From Cyanidioschyzon merolae (taxonomy: Eukaryota), in NCBI GenBank assembly GCA_000091205.1, contig AP006488.2: DNA of 64,000 nucleotides; one strand, 5' to 3'. The notes beneath the pieces were generated by a model. The model was not told where the DNA came from, ran no database searches, and was given only the letters and a program-made list of their open reading frames with translations. Of the stretch, positions 11,119-22,398 are shown piece after piece; position 1 is the first letter of the stretch, and every line of letters begins with the position of its first letter. A program made the position numbers and the translations under genes.

Positions 11119-12021
11119 CTAGCGCCGGGCAGCCATTTGCATCCGGAACGCAAGCACCTGTTGCCGTTGATCCGGAGGCAGCGCTTGAATCTGCGCTGGG
11201 GTCAGCGACATTAACTGTTGAATCAGAGCCTCTTCAGTCGCAGCGCCTTGACCCGGAACGATGCCTCCAGGCAGCGGTGCAGCAGCGCCGGCTGCAGCAC
11301 CAGACTGCACCCTCTGCATCGCCGCCAGGCTCGCATTCGTAGTCACCGATGCCGTCATACTCTGCAGATATTGCTGTGCCTGTTGAGCGCTGAGCAGGCC
11401 CAGTAAAACCTGGGCTTGGAGAATCGCATGCGCTATCGGTGGATGCGCAGCCAACATCGCGCGTACTTCATTGGGATTCTGCTGGGCGATCGTCTTCAGT
11501 TCAGCGAGCACATCGAAGATCTGCTGGAGACTGAGACCCTGCAGAGATGGCTGTCCGCTTGGGAGCAAAAACGGTTGAACTACCTGTGCAGCCGTCACTG
11601 TCGGTCCAGTCGGCTGTGACGGTGCGGTAGCGTCCGCAAGAGCGTCGTAAGCGCCCCAGGATGCTGCTGAAGCTCCAGGACCCAGCCCAGGGCCCGATCG
11701 TCCGCCCTCGGGCGCTGCTCCTGCCCCCGGTGCAGTGGACCCGCCAGCACTTGCCTGATTCCGAGTCTGCGAACTCGGGGCGATCCGCAGCATTCGTCCT
11801 CCGAACTCTATGCGCTCATTGAGGTTCCGTACAGCACTCTCAGCTGTCTCAGGGTCGCGGTACTCACAGAAACCGTAGCCCTTCGGTTTGCCGGTCTCTT
11901 TGTCGTAAAGGATGCGTAGACTCACCACCGGACCTACTTGCTGCAAGCGTTCTAGCAGCATATCCTCCGTGACTCCATAGGGTATGTTTCCGATAAACAC
12001 AGTGCAGGAACCGCGACTCAT
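11119..12021 (-). CDS. Cleavage stimulation factor 64 kDa subunit (CstF-64/CSTF2-like; Rna15 family)
   Basis: RRM: CTVFIGNIPYGVTEDMLLERLQQVGPVVSLRILYDKETGKPKGYGFCEYRDPETAESAVRNLN. Hinge: PNEVRAMLAAHPPIAHAILQAQVLLGL. C-terminal domain: LTPAQIQALPPDQRQQVLAFRMQ. Start at the MSRGSC ATG (12021); the ORF is open upstream to 12303. Confidence 0.75.
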   Translation of the reverse strand: MSRGSCTVFIGNIPYGVTEDMLLERLQQVGPVVSLRILYDKETGKPKGYGFCEYRDPETAESAVRNLNERIEFGGRMLRIAPSSQTRNQASAGGSTAPGAGAAPEGGRSGPGLGPGASAASWGAYDALADATAPSQPTGPTVTAAQVVQPFLLPSGQPSLQGLSLQQIFDVLAELKTIAQQNPNEVRAMLAAHPPIAHAILQAQVLLGLLSAQQAQQYLQSMTASVTTNASLAAMQRVQSGAAAGAAAPLPGGIVPGQGAATEEALIQQLMSLTPAQIQALPPDQRQQVLAFRMQMAARR

Positions 12022-12240
12022 TGCGGTTCCGAAGCCAGCGTAACCCGAAGAGGACTGCCAGTGTTCCCAGAACCTCCCTGAACTATTCCGCCTCGACTTT
12101 GCAAGGCAGAGAGCCGCAAGAACGCCACCTTGTTGACCTGGTGTGCGTACACTGTTCGTTCGACTTGGAGGCGGATCAGTGTCAAAATAAGAACACCAGA
12201 TGTGAGCGTGCAATTGTGGCGAGCTAGTCGATGCCACAAC

Positions 12241-12262
12241 GGCAGGCAGGCAGGCAGGCAGC
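12241..12262. repeat. (GGCA)n microsatellite
   Basis: ggcaggcaggcaggcaggcagc just upstream of the CstF-64 start region. Confidence 0.85.
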
Positions 12263-12562
12263 CAGGCAGCAGGATAGGAAAACGTCAGTCGTTTCCGCGA
12301 CAATTGCGAATGCTGTACGAGCCTGCGAGCGCTTCCTGCTTAGCGGTGTCAGCAGGGCGAAGGCCCGTTGACGGAAATTCTTCTCGACTGTTTAGCAGAA
12401 GACCGAGACGCTGGTCTAAAAGCACAGTATGTTTGTGTGCTCCGTTCAAGAAACACGAGGAAGCGGCAGAGAACTTTTCACCAGCTTCGTTGCTGGCGTC
12501 AGTTCCTGTGTGATCAGGAAAACGAACGACGTTTCACGACCACAGTGTAACTGTGTATATGT

Positions 12563-13950
12563 CCAATCACAGACGCCTCCCAGCCTTTTTTGATCGGTTG
12601 CATGCTATCGATTTCTCCTTCTCCTTATACACTTTGACCTTGAGAGGCGGCCCGACGACGTTGGATCGCGTCAGCTCCCCTGGTCTCGTCTTCAGAACTG
12701 CACATCTCCTAATATTGACAGCGGCACTGAAGTCTCCGTTCACGAACTCCATGCGTTAATCGCCGTTGGTGGAACTCGTTTTTTTCGAGCATTCCTGGGA
12801 CTCGTGCCTTCTGACCCATTTCCGGGTCTGTCAGCTCTCCGTGCTTTCGCATCGCCGAGGCGCTCCGCTCCTGTTCCTCCATCTCGATCTTCTAAAGCGT
12901 GCACCGCTGCCCATCTTTTGGACTCTTCATTTCTTCTAATGAACGCACTTGTTCGTATGCTTCGGTGAGGAACTTCCCAGATCGGAAAGGACTTGCACAA
13001 GAACGACGACATGTGCCCCGGTGTCAACGTGTGGTGAGCGCTTCAGCGACTCGCCCAGTGGAGCGAACACTGCGTTTCACGATACAAAACCCTCCCTCGA
13101 TGTGGATCAGCCACGGAGCGTACGCAGGAATCCAGAGCAGCTCTACTCCCAAAAGAAGAATTGGCAAAAGCCCGAACGCAAAGTGAAATGTCTTGAATGA
13201 TTCGACGAAATGGTTGGTGTTGATGGATAAGCCTTCTCTAGGAGCGAAACCGAGGTCGCCAAATGAAGCCACTGCAGCTAGAACAGATGACGATGTCGTC
13301 GTTCTCTTCGAGACTGATCGTCAATGCAACGGGCTCCCTGCTCCGCGAGTACCCATAGACACTCTGGGCGCTTCGTCCGAAGAAAGCCTCATCAACTGAA
13401 AAACAAACCAACCGATATTCCTGTGCTTTACACAGATCGTGACTTTCCAGGAACGCTGCAGTCGTTGGGAGTTCGGCGGAAGATGGCCGAGCGTGAACTA
13501 GGACTTTATTGCGACTGTGTCCCAGTGTTTTCAGGACCGCACGAGCCGGCTGTTGAGAATGAGTGTCGCCCCTGGTGGCTGTTATCATCGCTTCTGCCGT
13601 CCGCAAGTAGATCAAGGGGTCGTTTTCTACCAGTAACCGGCAGCAATTTTTGAGAACGTTGGTTATTTGCATAGAGCGCATATCCTGCTTTTTTCAGTGT
13701 TCCTCAGCCATCTGAGAACTCTGGTACGACTGGCGTTGAGGAGGAATGCAATCTTCCAAGCACGGCTCAGTAAAGAACATATCCTAAAGGAGATTCTTCT
13801 ATGATCTTTATGGTGCGTTGAAACGTGATGCTTATCCCGAGCTCTACACAGCGAAGAAGCATTCCATTCCATGGCTCGGCAGGGGAAACAGAATTGAGTT
13901 GAAAGACTGGAAACAGTACTGGCGCGAAAAAACTGGCCATTTCAATCGAT
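12563..13950 (-). repeat. Copy A of the ~1.4-kb noncoding dispersed repeat family (element reads on minus strand); left arm of inverted repeat
   Basis: About 98-99% identical to copy B over about 1.2 kb with no indels (A position x pairs with B position 31580-x; checked at four ORF pairs). 3' terminus ccaatcacagacgcc is the reverse complement of ...ggcgtctgtgattgg. Inner (5') end diverges from B beyond about 13750, but the shared 5' landmark gtctttcaactcaa is present in reverse complement at about 13891-13907. Confidence 0.85.
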
Positions 13951-14199
13951 GTCCCACGGCGGGCTAGAACTGAGCAAACAAGCTATTATCCTCGTATTCA
14001 AGCCTGGCTTTTACGTGTTGGGTGCCCCGTTATCCGGAGCAAAGTGTTGCGTACTTCTTTAGCTGCGGATAACCGGCGTGCACCAAGGGATCTTCGGTTA
14101 GCTTCAACGAACCCAAACTAGCGAAAAAATCAGCACGAGGTTTGCTCATTGCGTTGCCATTCAACGAAGAGCTGCGCACTTTGATAAAAGCACTGTTAA

Positions 14200-15198
14200 A
14201 TGCTTGATCATCAACCATGGATTGAGAAATACAGACCACGGACGCTCTCTGAAGTCGTCGGCAACCAACCAGTTGTCGAACGACTGCGAGCACTGGCTCT
14301 TAGCGGGAACGTGCCGCACTTGCTGCTCGTTGGTCCACCGGGCGTCGGCAAGACGACCGTAGCGCTTGCTTTGGCGCGGGATACTCTGGGCGATGCGCTC
14401 ATCCAGCAAGCAGTTTTAGAATTGAACGCATCAGATGAACGAGGTATTGACGTGGTGCGAAACAAGATCAAAATGTTTTGCCAACAGCACGTGACCTTGC
14501 CGCCGGGACGACATAAGCTCATCATTCTCGACGAAGCGGACTCGATGACGCCCGCAGCACAGCAAGCTCTACGCCGTATCATGGAACTCTACTCAAGTAC
14601 CACACGATTCGCGCTTGCCGCAAACGTCTCCAGCAAAATCATCGAACCAATACAGAGTCGTTGTGCTGTCATTCGGTTTCGTCGTCTTGGCGATGAAGCG
14701 GTGCGCAGTCGCCTTGTCAGCGTTCTGGAAGAAGAGCACGTTCCGTACGAGCCGGACGGAATCGAGACCATTGTCTTCACGGCCGATGGTGATATGAGGC
14801 AGGCCCTGAACAACGCCCAAGCGACGTGGTTTGGTTTCGGAGTCATTACAACGGAGCATGTGCTGCGTGTATGTGACTCACCGTCGCCAGCACGGCTGCG
14901 TCGATTTCTCGAATTATGTGAGACACAGAAATTTGAGCAAGCAGTTGGCGAGATTGAGGCGATCTGGCGTAGTGGGTACGCAGCGTCGGACCTAGTTGCC
15001 ACGCTGTTTCGGGTGGCTCGAACTCAGGCCATGATCACCGAAGGTGGAGAGCGTGGGCGAGACCTGCGGCTCGAGTTCCTGCGTGAGATCGGTCTAACGC
15101 ATATGCGGATCACGGACGGCTTATCAAGTCTGCTGCAACTCACTGCATTGGCATCGAAGCTGGTCCGTTGTGCTGAACGTATCCACACAGCCCAATAA
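14200..15198 (+). CDS. RFC2: Replication factor C small subunit (human RFC2 / yeast Rfc4-like AAA+ clamp loader subunit)
   Basis: Walker A GPPGVGKTT, DEAD-like ILDEADSMT, SRC motif IIEPIQSRCAVIRF, and C-terminal DGDMRQALNNAQATWFGFG. Full-length 332-aa single ORF. Confidence 0.85.
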   Translation: MLDHQPWIEKYRPRTLSEVVGNQPVVERLRALALSGNVPHLLLVGPPGVGKTTVALALARDTLGDALIQQAVLELNASDERGIDVVRNKIKMFCQQHVTLPPGRHKLIILDEADSMTPAAQQALRRIMELYSSTTRFALAANVSSKIIEPIQSRCAVIRFRRLGDEAVRSRLVSVLEEEHVPYEPDGIETIVFTADGDMRQALNNAQATWFGFGVITTEHVLRVCDSPSPARLRRFLELCETQKFEQAVGEIEAIWRSGYAASDLVATLFRVARTQAMITEGGERGRDLRLEFLREIGLTHMRITDGLSSLLQLTALASKLVRCAERIHTAQ

Positions 15199-16167
15199 GT
15201 TGGAACTGAGCGTGTGCGTTGGTCTCCGAACCAGGGCGAGAACTTGCTTCGGCGGTTGCAACATGCTCTGCGGGACTGGGCTCTAGCGAAACAAGCGGGT
15301 GCGTTCCAGTGGGAAGATGTTATTCAAGCCTGGTCCAGCATGGCTGCCGCACCACAACTAGCAACTTTGTATCTGTTTTGATTTATCCGTGTTCGTGTGT
15401 GGATCGCTCAGTGAAGCAGCATGGGCGTTCTGCCGGCATATCCAGCGTGATGTTGGGGGCGCTGCTATCTTTGGGTGACGATTTCACCATGCGCGTTAGA
15501 ACACGAGCTGGGTATTCGAATGCAGTCTGGTACAGGAGTCGAGCTCGGGCGTATGCATGACCTTCAGTCGACACATGCTTTTGAGCTTTATCGAAGGCAT
15601 GGTTCAGCTGCAAAGGCGACACGGGGCAGAATGTATTTGCGTTCGTGAGGCATACCCACCCGCGGGCTCGATGGCGTCGATGCTCGGGAGAAGCATCCGC
15701 CTCACGTACGTCCCGATTTGGCGCCCTGCAGTCGTCAAGAACTCATGGGTAGCTCGAGTGCCAGGGAGAAGCATCCGCCTTGGGAGGAAACGCTTCGAAG
15801 ACCCTTGAATCGTCAGAAAATGGCTGGTAGCTCGACATAGACAGCGGCTTCTTGCGTACATGGCCTTTCTACATTCGTCGCTGTGCAGAGTATCGGAAGC
15901 TTCAGGCTTCAGCGCGTCACACCATGCGACTAGACGCCGCCTCAACCCAATCATCTAAATACCAGTGCGCTTTGTGGATGCGACAGCGCCAAATAACATA
16001 TCCATACACAACGACTGCGCGCGCTCGCATCAGTGCAGCCTTGCACGGTCAGTGCGAACCTGACGCTGTATGCCCCATTGCCTCTACAGAGGCGCTCATC
16101 GAGGCTCTCTGAGCTCATTCACCAGGATGCACCATCTTTCGGATCATATGCGAAAAATTGAGCCGAA

Positions 16168-16881
16168 TCAGGTAAAACCTGCAGTGGCACCTCGCCCACG
16201 TAGCTTGAAAAACCACAAGAGTACCGCAATGATGACCAAAATCACCATCATAGGCCCGTACTGTCGAATCCGTAGCATCCAACGAGCATGTTTCGCTCGA
16301 CGGAGGTACTTGCGCGACTCTGCTGATAGCATGGCGCTGGTATTCTGCAGTGATTCGAGACGTTCGCCCCGTCCAAGCACTTCCTGAATACTCCTCGTCA
16401 TGATGTCGCGCACATCCAAAAGCTCTGAGTTGAGGCGTTCCAGGTTTCGGACAGCACTGGCGTCCAAGTACACTTTCTTCGTCTTTTGGATGAAGCTGTC
16501 GAAGCGAATCATCTCATAGGGTCGGTTCGCCAGTGCCACCTGGGCTCCATAAACTGCTTCAAACTCCCGTCGAAGTTCGTCGAGAAACGCGAACGCCAAC
16601 TTTCGCGGATAAGCTTTTTCGCTCAGCGTCAAGAAAGCCACCTGGTCACCAAGCAAATAGTGAAACGTGAAGGCGCCCGATTCGATGCTGGCGGCTTTCC
16701 GAGAAGCCGGAACGCTGCCGCGTCCGCCAGCCAAGTACTCGGCAGTGAGACCCTTGAGGATCCGTTTCGCCTGTCGCTCGTACTCTTGAAGCTCTAGCGC
16801 GAACGCGTCCTTTTCGTCGGCCAGGGAAGCTGCGAGCGGCAGTCCATCCGTCAATCGCGAGATGAACGTTATCTTTGGCAT
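16168..16881 (-). CDS. SEC22: SEC22-type R-SNARE (longin domain, SNARE motif, C-terminal TM)
   Basis: [20 protein letters not shown] (longin N-terminus as in Sec22b [20 protein letters not shown]), FTFHYLL...[33 protein letters not shown], SNARE heptads, then hydrophobic tail [15 protein letters not shown]. Start moved to the internal ATG at 16881. Confidence 0.75.
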   Translation of the reverse strand: [237 protein letters not shown]

Positions 16882-17649
16882 CAAAACCTGTTGCGAAGCG
16901 TCACTAGATGTGGTTGTTCGGAGAGCGGGCCACAGCGATGCCAACGATACATCGGAAAGTGCTGGATTGCCCAGCGGACCCTAGTGCGATGCCTAGCGCT
17001 GCGGCTGACTCTGAACCGAGTACCGTTCGCGAATGGAAGCGATGAGCCTAAGTCTTCGGTCGCTACGGAACGAGTTCTGGAATCTTACACAGTTCTCGCA
17101 AGATTTCGTGTCACAGGATGGAATACAGAGCGGAAGCACACATGGAACGCGCTCTCAGGGACTGGGGCGTAGTGTCTGCGTCACCAGCCTCGATTCTCGA
17201 ACACTACATCGGTAACGTCTCTAGTCTCAATAAAGAGGATCGTCCGGTACAGGCTGCGCTTTATTACGGTCTTTGTGCCTCGTTCGCATGCATATTCGGG
17301 GACAATACGGAGGCTGAGTAGAAGACATGCCTGTTTCGATCGAAGGGAGATCGCGACGTAGGTATTCTCGCGATGGTGACAAGCATCCCTGGCCAGCTTT
17401 TACCTGTGTCATGGTGAAAATCGAGGCAAGCAAACGATTCGCAACGAGTACGCAATATGCAAGTGTAGCAACGCTGCATAGAACAGGGCATGCAAAGAGG
17501 TTGCATCTCATGGCGAGAAGCTTGGCGGTGAAGCGCGCATTCCAATGCACTCGAGAAGCGAGTTTTCCCAGTACACGTATTTCAAGATCATAGCGTTACG
17601 GTCTTTTGAGTTTCAAAGCTTTGAATATGGTTGGGAAGCAGACCTGAGG

Positions 17650-19017
17650 ATGAGTAGCGCTGCAGAGGTAACGCGATACCGGCCTTTGTTAACGTCTTTC
17701 AACTCAAATTTTGTTCGGCCCCGGTTTGGTGAATAGCAGGAGATCGAAATGACCAAGCAATGTACCCTATAGATCGAGGACGAATTGCCCGTACGGTATA
17801 CAATCTTTACTGAACAGTGCATGGAAGATTGCATTCCTCCTCAACGCCAGTCGTACCAGAGCTCTCAGATGGCTGAGGAACACTGAAAAAAGCAGGATAT
17901 GCGCTCTATGCAAATAACCAACGTTCTCAAAAATTGCTTCCGGTTACTGGTAGAAAACGACCCCTTGATCTACTTGCGGGCGGCAGAAGCGATGATAACA
18001 GCCACCAGGGGCGACACTCATTCTCAACAGCCGGCTCGTGCGGTCCTGTAAACACTGGGACACAGTCGCAATAAAGTCCTAGTTCACGCTCGGCCATCTT
18101 CCGCCGAACTCCCAACGACTGCAGCGTTCCTGGAGAGTCACGATCTGTGTAAAGCACAGGAATATCGGTTGGTTTGTTTTTCAGTTGATGAGGCTTTCTT
18201 CGGACGAAGCGCTCAGAGTGTCTATGGGTACTTGCGGAGCAGGGAGCCCGTTGCATTGACGATCAGTCTCGAAGAGAACGACGACATCGTCATCTGTTCT
18301 AGCTGCAGTGGATTCACTTGGCGACCTCGGTTTCGCTCCTAGAGAAGGCTTATCCATCAACACCAACCATTTCGTCGAATCATTCAAGACATTTCACTTT
18401 GCGTTCGGGCTTTTGCCTATTCTTTTTTTGGGAGTAGAGCTGCTCTTGATTCCTGCGTACGCTCCGTGGCTGATCCACATCGAGGGAGGGTTTTGTATCG
18501 TGAAACGCAGTGTTCGCTCCACTGGGCGAGTCGCTGAAGCGCTCACCACACGTTGACACCGGGGCACATGTCGTCGTTCTTGTGCAAGTCCTTTCCGATC
18601 TGGGAAGTTCCTCACCGAAGCATACGAACAAGTGCGTTCATTAGAAGAAATGAAGAGTCCAAAAGATGGGCAGCGGTGCACACTTTAGAAGATCGAGATG
18701 GAGGAACAGGAGCGGAGCGCCTCGGCGATGCGAAAGCACGGAGAGCTGACAGACCCGGAAATGGGTCAGAATGCACGAGTCCCAGGAATGCTCGAAAAAA
18801 ACGAGTTCCACCAACGGCGATTAACGCATGGAGATCGTGAGCGGAGACTTCAGTGCCGCTATCAATATCAGGAGATGTGCAGTTCTGAAGACGAGACCAG
18901 AGGAGCTGACGCGATCCAACGTCGTCGGGCCGCCTCTCAAGGTCAAAGTGTATAAGGAGAAGGAGAAATCGATAGCATGCAACCGATCAAAAAAGGCTGG
19001 GAGGCGTCTGTGATTGG
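17650..19017 (+). repeat. Copy B of the ~1.4-kb repeat family (plus orientation); right arm of inverted repeat
   Basis: See copy A. 5' landmark gtctttcaactcaa at 17694. 3' terminus ...aaaaaaggctgggaggcgtctgtgattgg at 19017. Small ORFs inside mirror those in A on the opposite strand. Confidence 0.85.
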
Positions 19018-21765
19018 GTATATAGACTCTCTATGGTCATGAATCGTTTAACTAATCAATGATCGAATATCACGAATGCTTTTGTGTAGTCTATGCTAGT
19101 TTCAGATTATACTGGAACACTGAATCACGCACTCTGTTCCTGCCTTGCGAATGTTTGAGAGCATATTTAAAGATAAAGCCTCGAGATTCGAAGTTGAACA
19201 GAAAGGCTTCGCGGATGCATGCGTGGTAGTAGAATTCCCGGGCGTCTTCTCGGAAAGGCAACTGTCAACTTCTGCCTCTGGAATCCGTTACAGTACCATA
19301 ATCAGGATATTTCGAGGCATTCTCGAACAAGAGTTCTTCAAGTATGCCATGTCATTATCCAGCCCATTCATGCAAGCCCCCAGGCGGCTCCTTTCCTGAC
19401 ATGTTGCATCGCTCAAATGAAGCAGTCTTCAATGTTTCGCTCTTTCTGCTTCAAGGCAGCTCGTGTCCGCAGTGATTCGCATCTCTGGACGGTTACGGAA
19501 AAATCTTGAATTGGTCCCTTGATAACTTATCCGCAAGCTCATGCCAAATATTCTCTGAGCTTCTAACTTCAAAAAACGAATTCCATTCCAAAGATAGTTC
19601 CTGATCTTCTTGTGCGCATCAACGATACAGCGTCGGACTGCACCGAGATCCATTCTCAGGATATACTCTCAAAGCCTCCTGTCTCTTCTGTATGCGTGGA
19701 ATTGGGTCTTGCGCTTGGGCTTTAGTCATCGCAGCGATCATGTGTAGTGGAAATAGCGTCACCGCAGTGAATGCAGGAGGCGCAGAAGTATCAAAAGGTG
19801 CTGGCATTTTCTGCGCCATGGCAGTTTCCGTCCGATACTTGTTCCATCGTGGACAACATCGTTTGCCAAGAATCCTATATACAAATCGGAATACCGTGCC
19901 CACGCATGTGCAGCGGACAGAGAACGTACCAATGGGATCGTCCGATGAATCCTGTGATCTTAGGGTACAGCACGGATTACGGAAACTGAGAAGAGCATGC
20001 GGGAGTGCTTTCCCCATCCGTCATGGATACGTACCTAGCGATGTAACAAGCTTTTGCGCGCGACAAGGCACCTCTCGGAGAACAAGGTAAGGTGGATGTA
20101 TGCTAATAACTCAGTACAATCAAGTGCCACCGGTGCGTAGAACGCACCAAGGATGTATACTAGGACGGGAATCGGCAAGCGGACCTTAGAACGCAACTTG
20201 TTCGAGAGCATGGAACTCGTCGACGAGTGCTGGAAGCTACAAAATGGGGACTCGGACGCTTTTAGCAACATACTTCGACTGCCGAATATGGAGCCGGAGG
20301 AAAATGAGAGACTCGAGCTTTTAACGCCAGAAATAAACGAGCAAACTTGAGATCAATCGCAGAAAACGCACGTAAGGTCCAGTTTTGATGAAAATAGGAA
20401 GAGTCCAAAACTTTAGAGTGCACGCCCGGGTCACTGAACCCGTTCATCTTTCATCCACCCTGGTTGTAGGAATGATTTTATGAACCAGGAGTCCCACAAG
20501 GGTGCTCCTAATCGATACTCAGAGAAGTGCCCTCTACACTGCTCTGCTCCGACGCCCCGGCGCTCCATTTGCCACAGACCGGACTTGTCTTTGGGGCAGG
20601 GGCATGAAAAACCAAGGAGCACCTCGTATGAAGCATTGATCCTCTGGCAGCGACACAGTGAACGATGCAGTCTGCGAGTCGACGTCCGCAGAATTATGCA
20701 TGAAGATGTAGCCGTCTCTAAGTGCGCCCCATCAGAGCCTTGAAGTCTTAAGTCCGTGAGTAAGCGTCCGCAAGGATGTGTCCTAAGTTACTGTGAAATT
20801 TCCGTATAATAGAGCTGTTGTTTTCGGCACTCCAAGAGTCAGGAAATCGATCAGAGCTCTTTTCCTGAGGAGAATGCTGCCGAGCTGGAGCTACTGGGAT
20901 ATAAAGGCGTTTCCGGAGGAGCCAGTACCTCTTGTTCTAATAAACGGCAGCAGTTGCATATCCTGCAGGTTCTCGTTAGATACACCGATGGTGCCTCAAT
21001 TTAAATAGGAATCTGCACCTGCACGCGAAACGCTGTGTTGTCCAGTAGCTCGGCTGCAGCGAGCTTCCTGGGGCGGCACAGGGCAGCTTGTAGACGAGTT
21101 TACACAAATTGCGATGCCGTAGACGCTCGCCTCGTTCGACTCCAGTCCTGACTGCAGGCAGTAACGAGCGCTTGCATCGGTGCCGATAAGAAGCACAGAC
21201 CTTTACGTTTCGACCGCTGATGCATTGTGGATTCGACTCGAGCCAACGACCAACTGAGCAGGCGACGTCTTGAGAAACAAGCAAACGGCACACTGGTCAT
21301 GTAATGAAAAGCAAGTTGCGAGCATTTCTCGTCGGGCTCCGGACGTGGCGAGAGCAGGTCTCAACGCGAAAGCCAACGTCCAAGTGGCGCAGCCGAAGCT
21401 TGGTATTCGACTCTGCTTCATCGAACCAAACTGAGGTATATACTTTTAAAAAAAAAGTAATGTGACTGTCATTGCAACAAACAGTCCCTTTAAGGATCAA
21501 TACAGGTAGCAAAGCCGTAAGGTCAGGCTCCTGCCATCGAATGCCCACCAGAACGATTGTATCGCAAGGTCATCCTTCGCTGCAAAAGGTACAGTGCGCA
21601 GTAGTGGTGCCGCTCTCCTCGTATGCATTTTACCAATAGATTCGTCAGACGCTTATTTCCTGATGTGAACGGCAGGCACGACAACCGCTTAACGGACCTT
21701 GGACGCCGACAGGCACAAAACCTGTTCTCGTAGAGCTCCAAATCTACACAAACATACAAAAGCAT

Positions 21766-22398
21766 TCACACTAGCGCCGGACTTTTCGCTCCGCTTTCGT
21801 TTGTTTTGTTGAGCGTCCCTTGCTTTGTATCGACTAGCTCGATGGTTTCGCGCTCGGTGCCATCGCCATCGTTGCTGATCGAGTGGCTTCGTGAACTCGA
21901 CTGCCGTGTTGCGGCTGCTTTCGCTTCAGCGGTGTACGCCCGTCGCCTCTGGAGTTTGTCCCAGCCAAGCCTTACGCAGTTCACCGCAGAGAAGAAGCAC
22001 CAGATTCCCTCGTAGACAACAAAAGGCCAATAGAAAATCATAGCTGCTGCAGCTGTCGCTAACGCTCCGCCCAGAAAGTTCGCAAATGAATAAAGAATCG
22101 AATCCGGCCAGCGCTCCAGTCGCCATACTCGAAACAGGTTCAACAAGAATGCTAGTAGCATCAGTGCGACGCCTACTGCGCCTATCGCCGTGGAAGCGGG
22201 ACTCTCCGTACTGAACATTTCACTGAAAAGCGAAACATAAAACCTTGAATAGATTCTGAACGCAAACAGAACCAACCCCAAGACTCTTTGCGTTGCAAGG
22301 CGACTTGGAAATCTAGTTTGTATCAAGAAATGAGTCCCAAGGCCAAAGCTTGTAAAGCACGCGGGCAGTGTTCCGCGTTCACGACTCCAAATTTGCAC
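21766..22398 (-). CDS. Hypothetical small membrane protein (several predicted TM helices)
   Basis: ORF with hydrophobic segments LGLVLFAFRIYSRFYVSLF, AIGAVGVALMLLAFLLNLF and FANFLGGALATAAAAMIFYWPFVVY plus a hydrophilic C-terminus. No recognisable family; may be non-coding. Confidence 0.25.
   Translation of the reverse strand: MQIWSRERGTLPACFTSFGLGTHFLIQTRFPSRLATQRVLGLVLFAFRIYSRFYVSLFSEMFSTESPASTAIGAVGVALMLLAFLLNLFRVWRLERWPDSILYSFANFLGGALATAAAAMIFYWPFVVYEGIWCFFSAVNCVRLGWDKLQRRRAYTAEAKAAATRQSSSRSHSISNDGDGTERETIELVDTKQGTLNKTNESGAKSPALV

Noticed and set aside
12563-19017. LTR retrotransposon or prokaryote-style composite transposon interpretation of the A/B repeat pair
   Set aside because: The arms are inverted, not direct. 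The interior encodes host housekeeping genes (RFC2, SEC22) rather than gag/pol or a transposase. No transposase, integrase or reverse-transcriptase ORF is found anywhere in the window.
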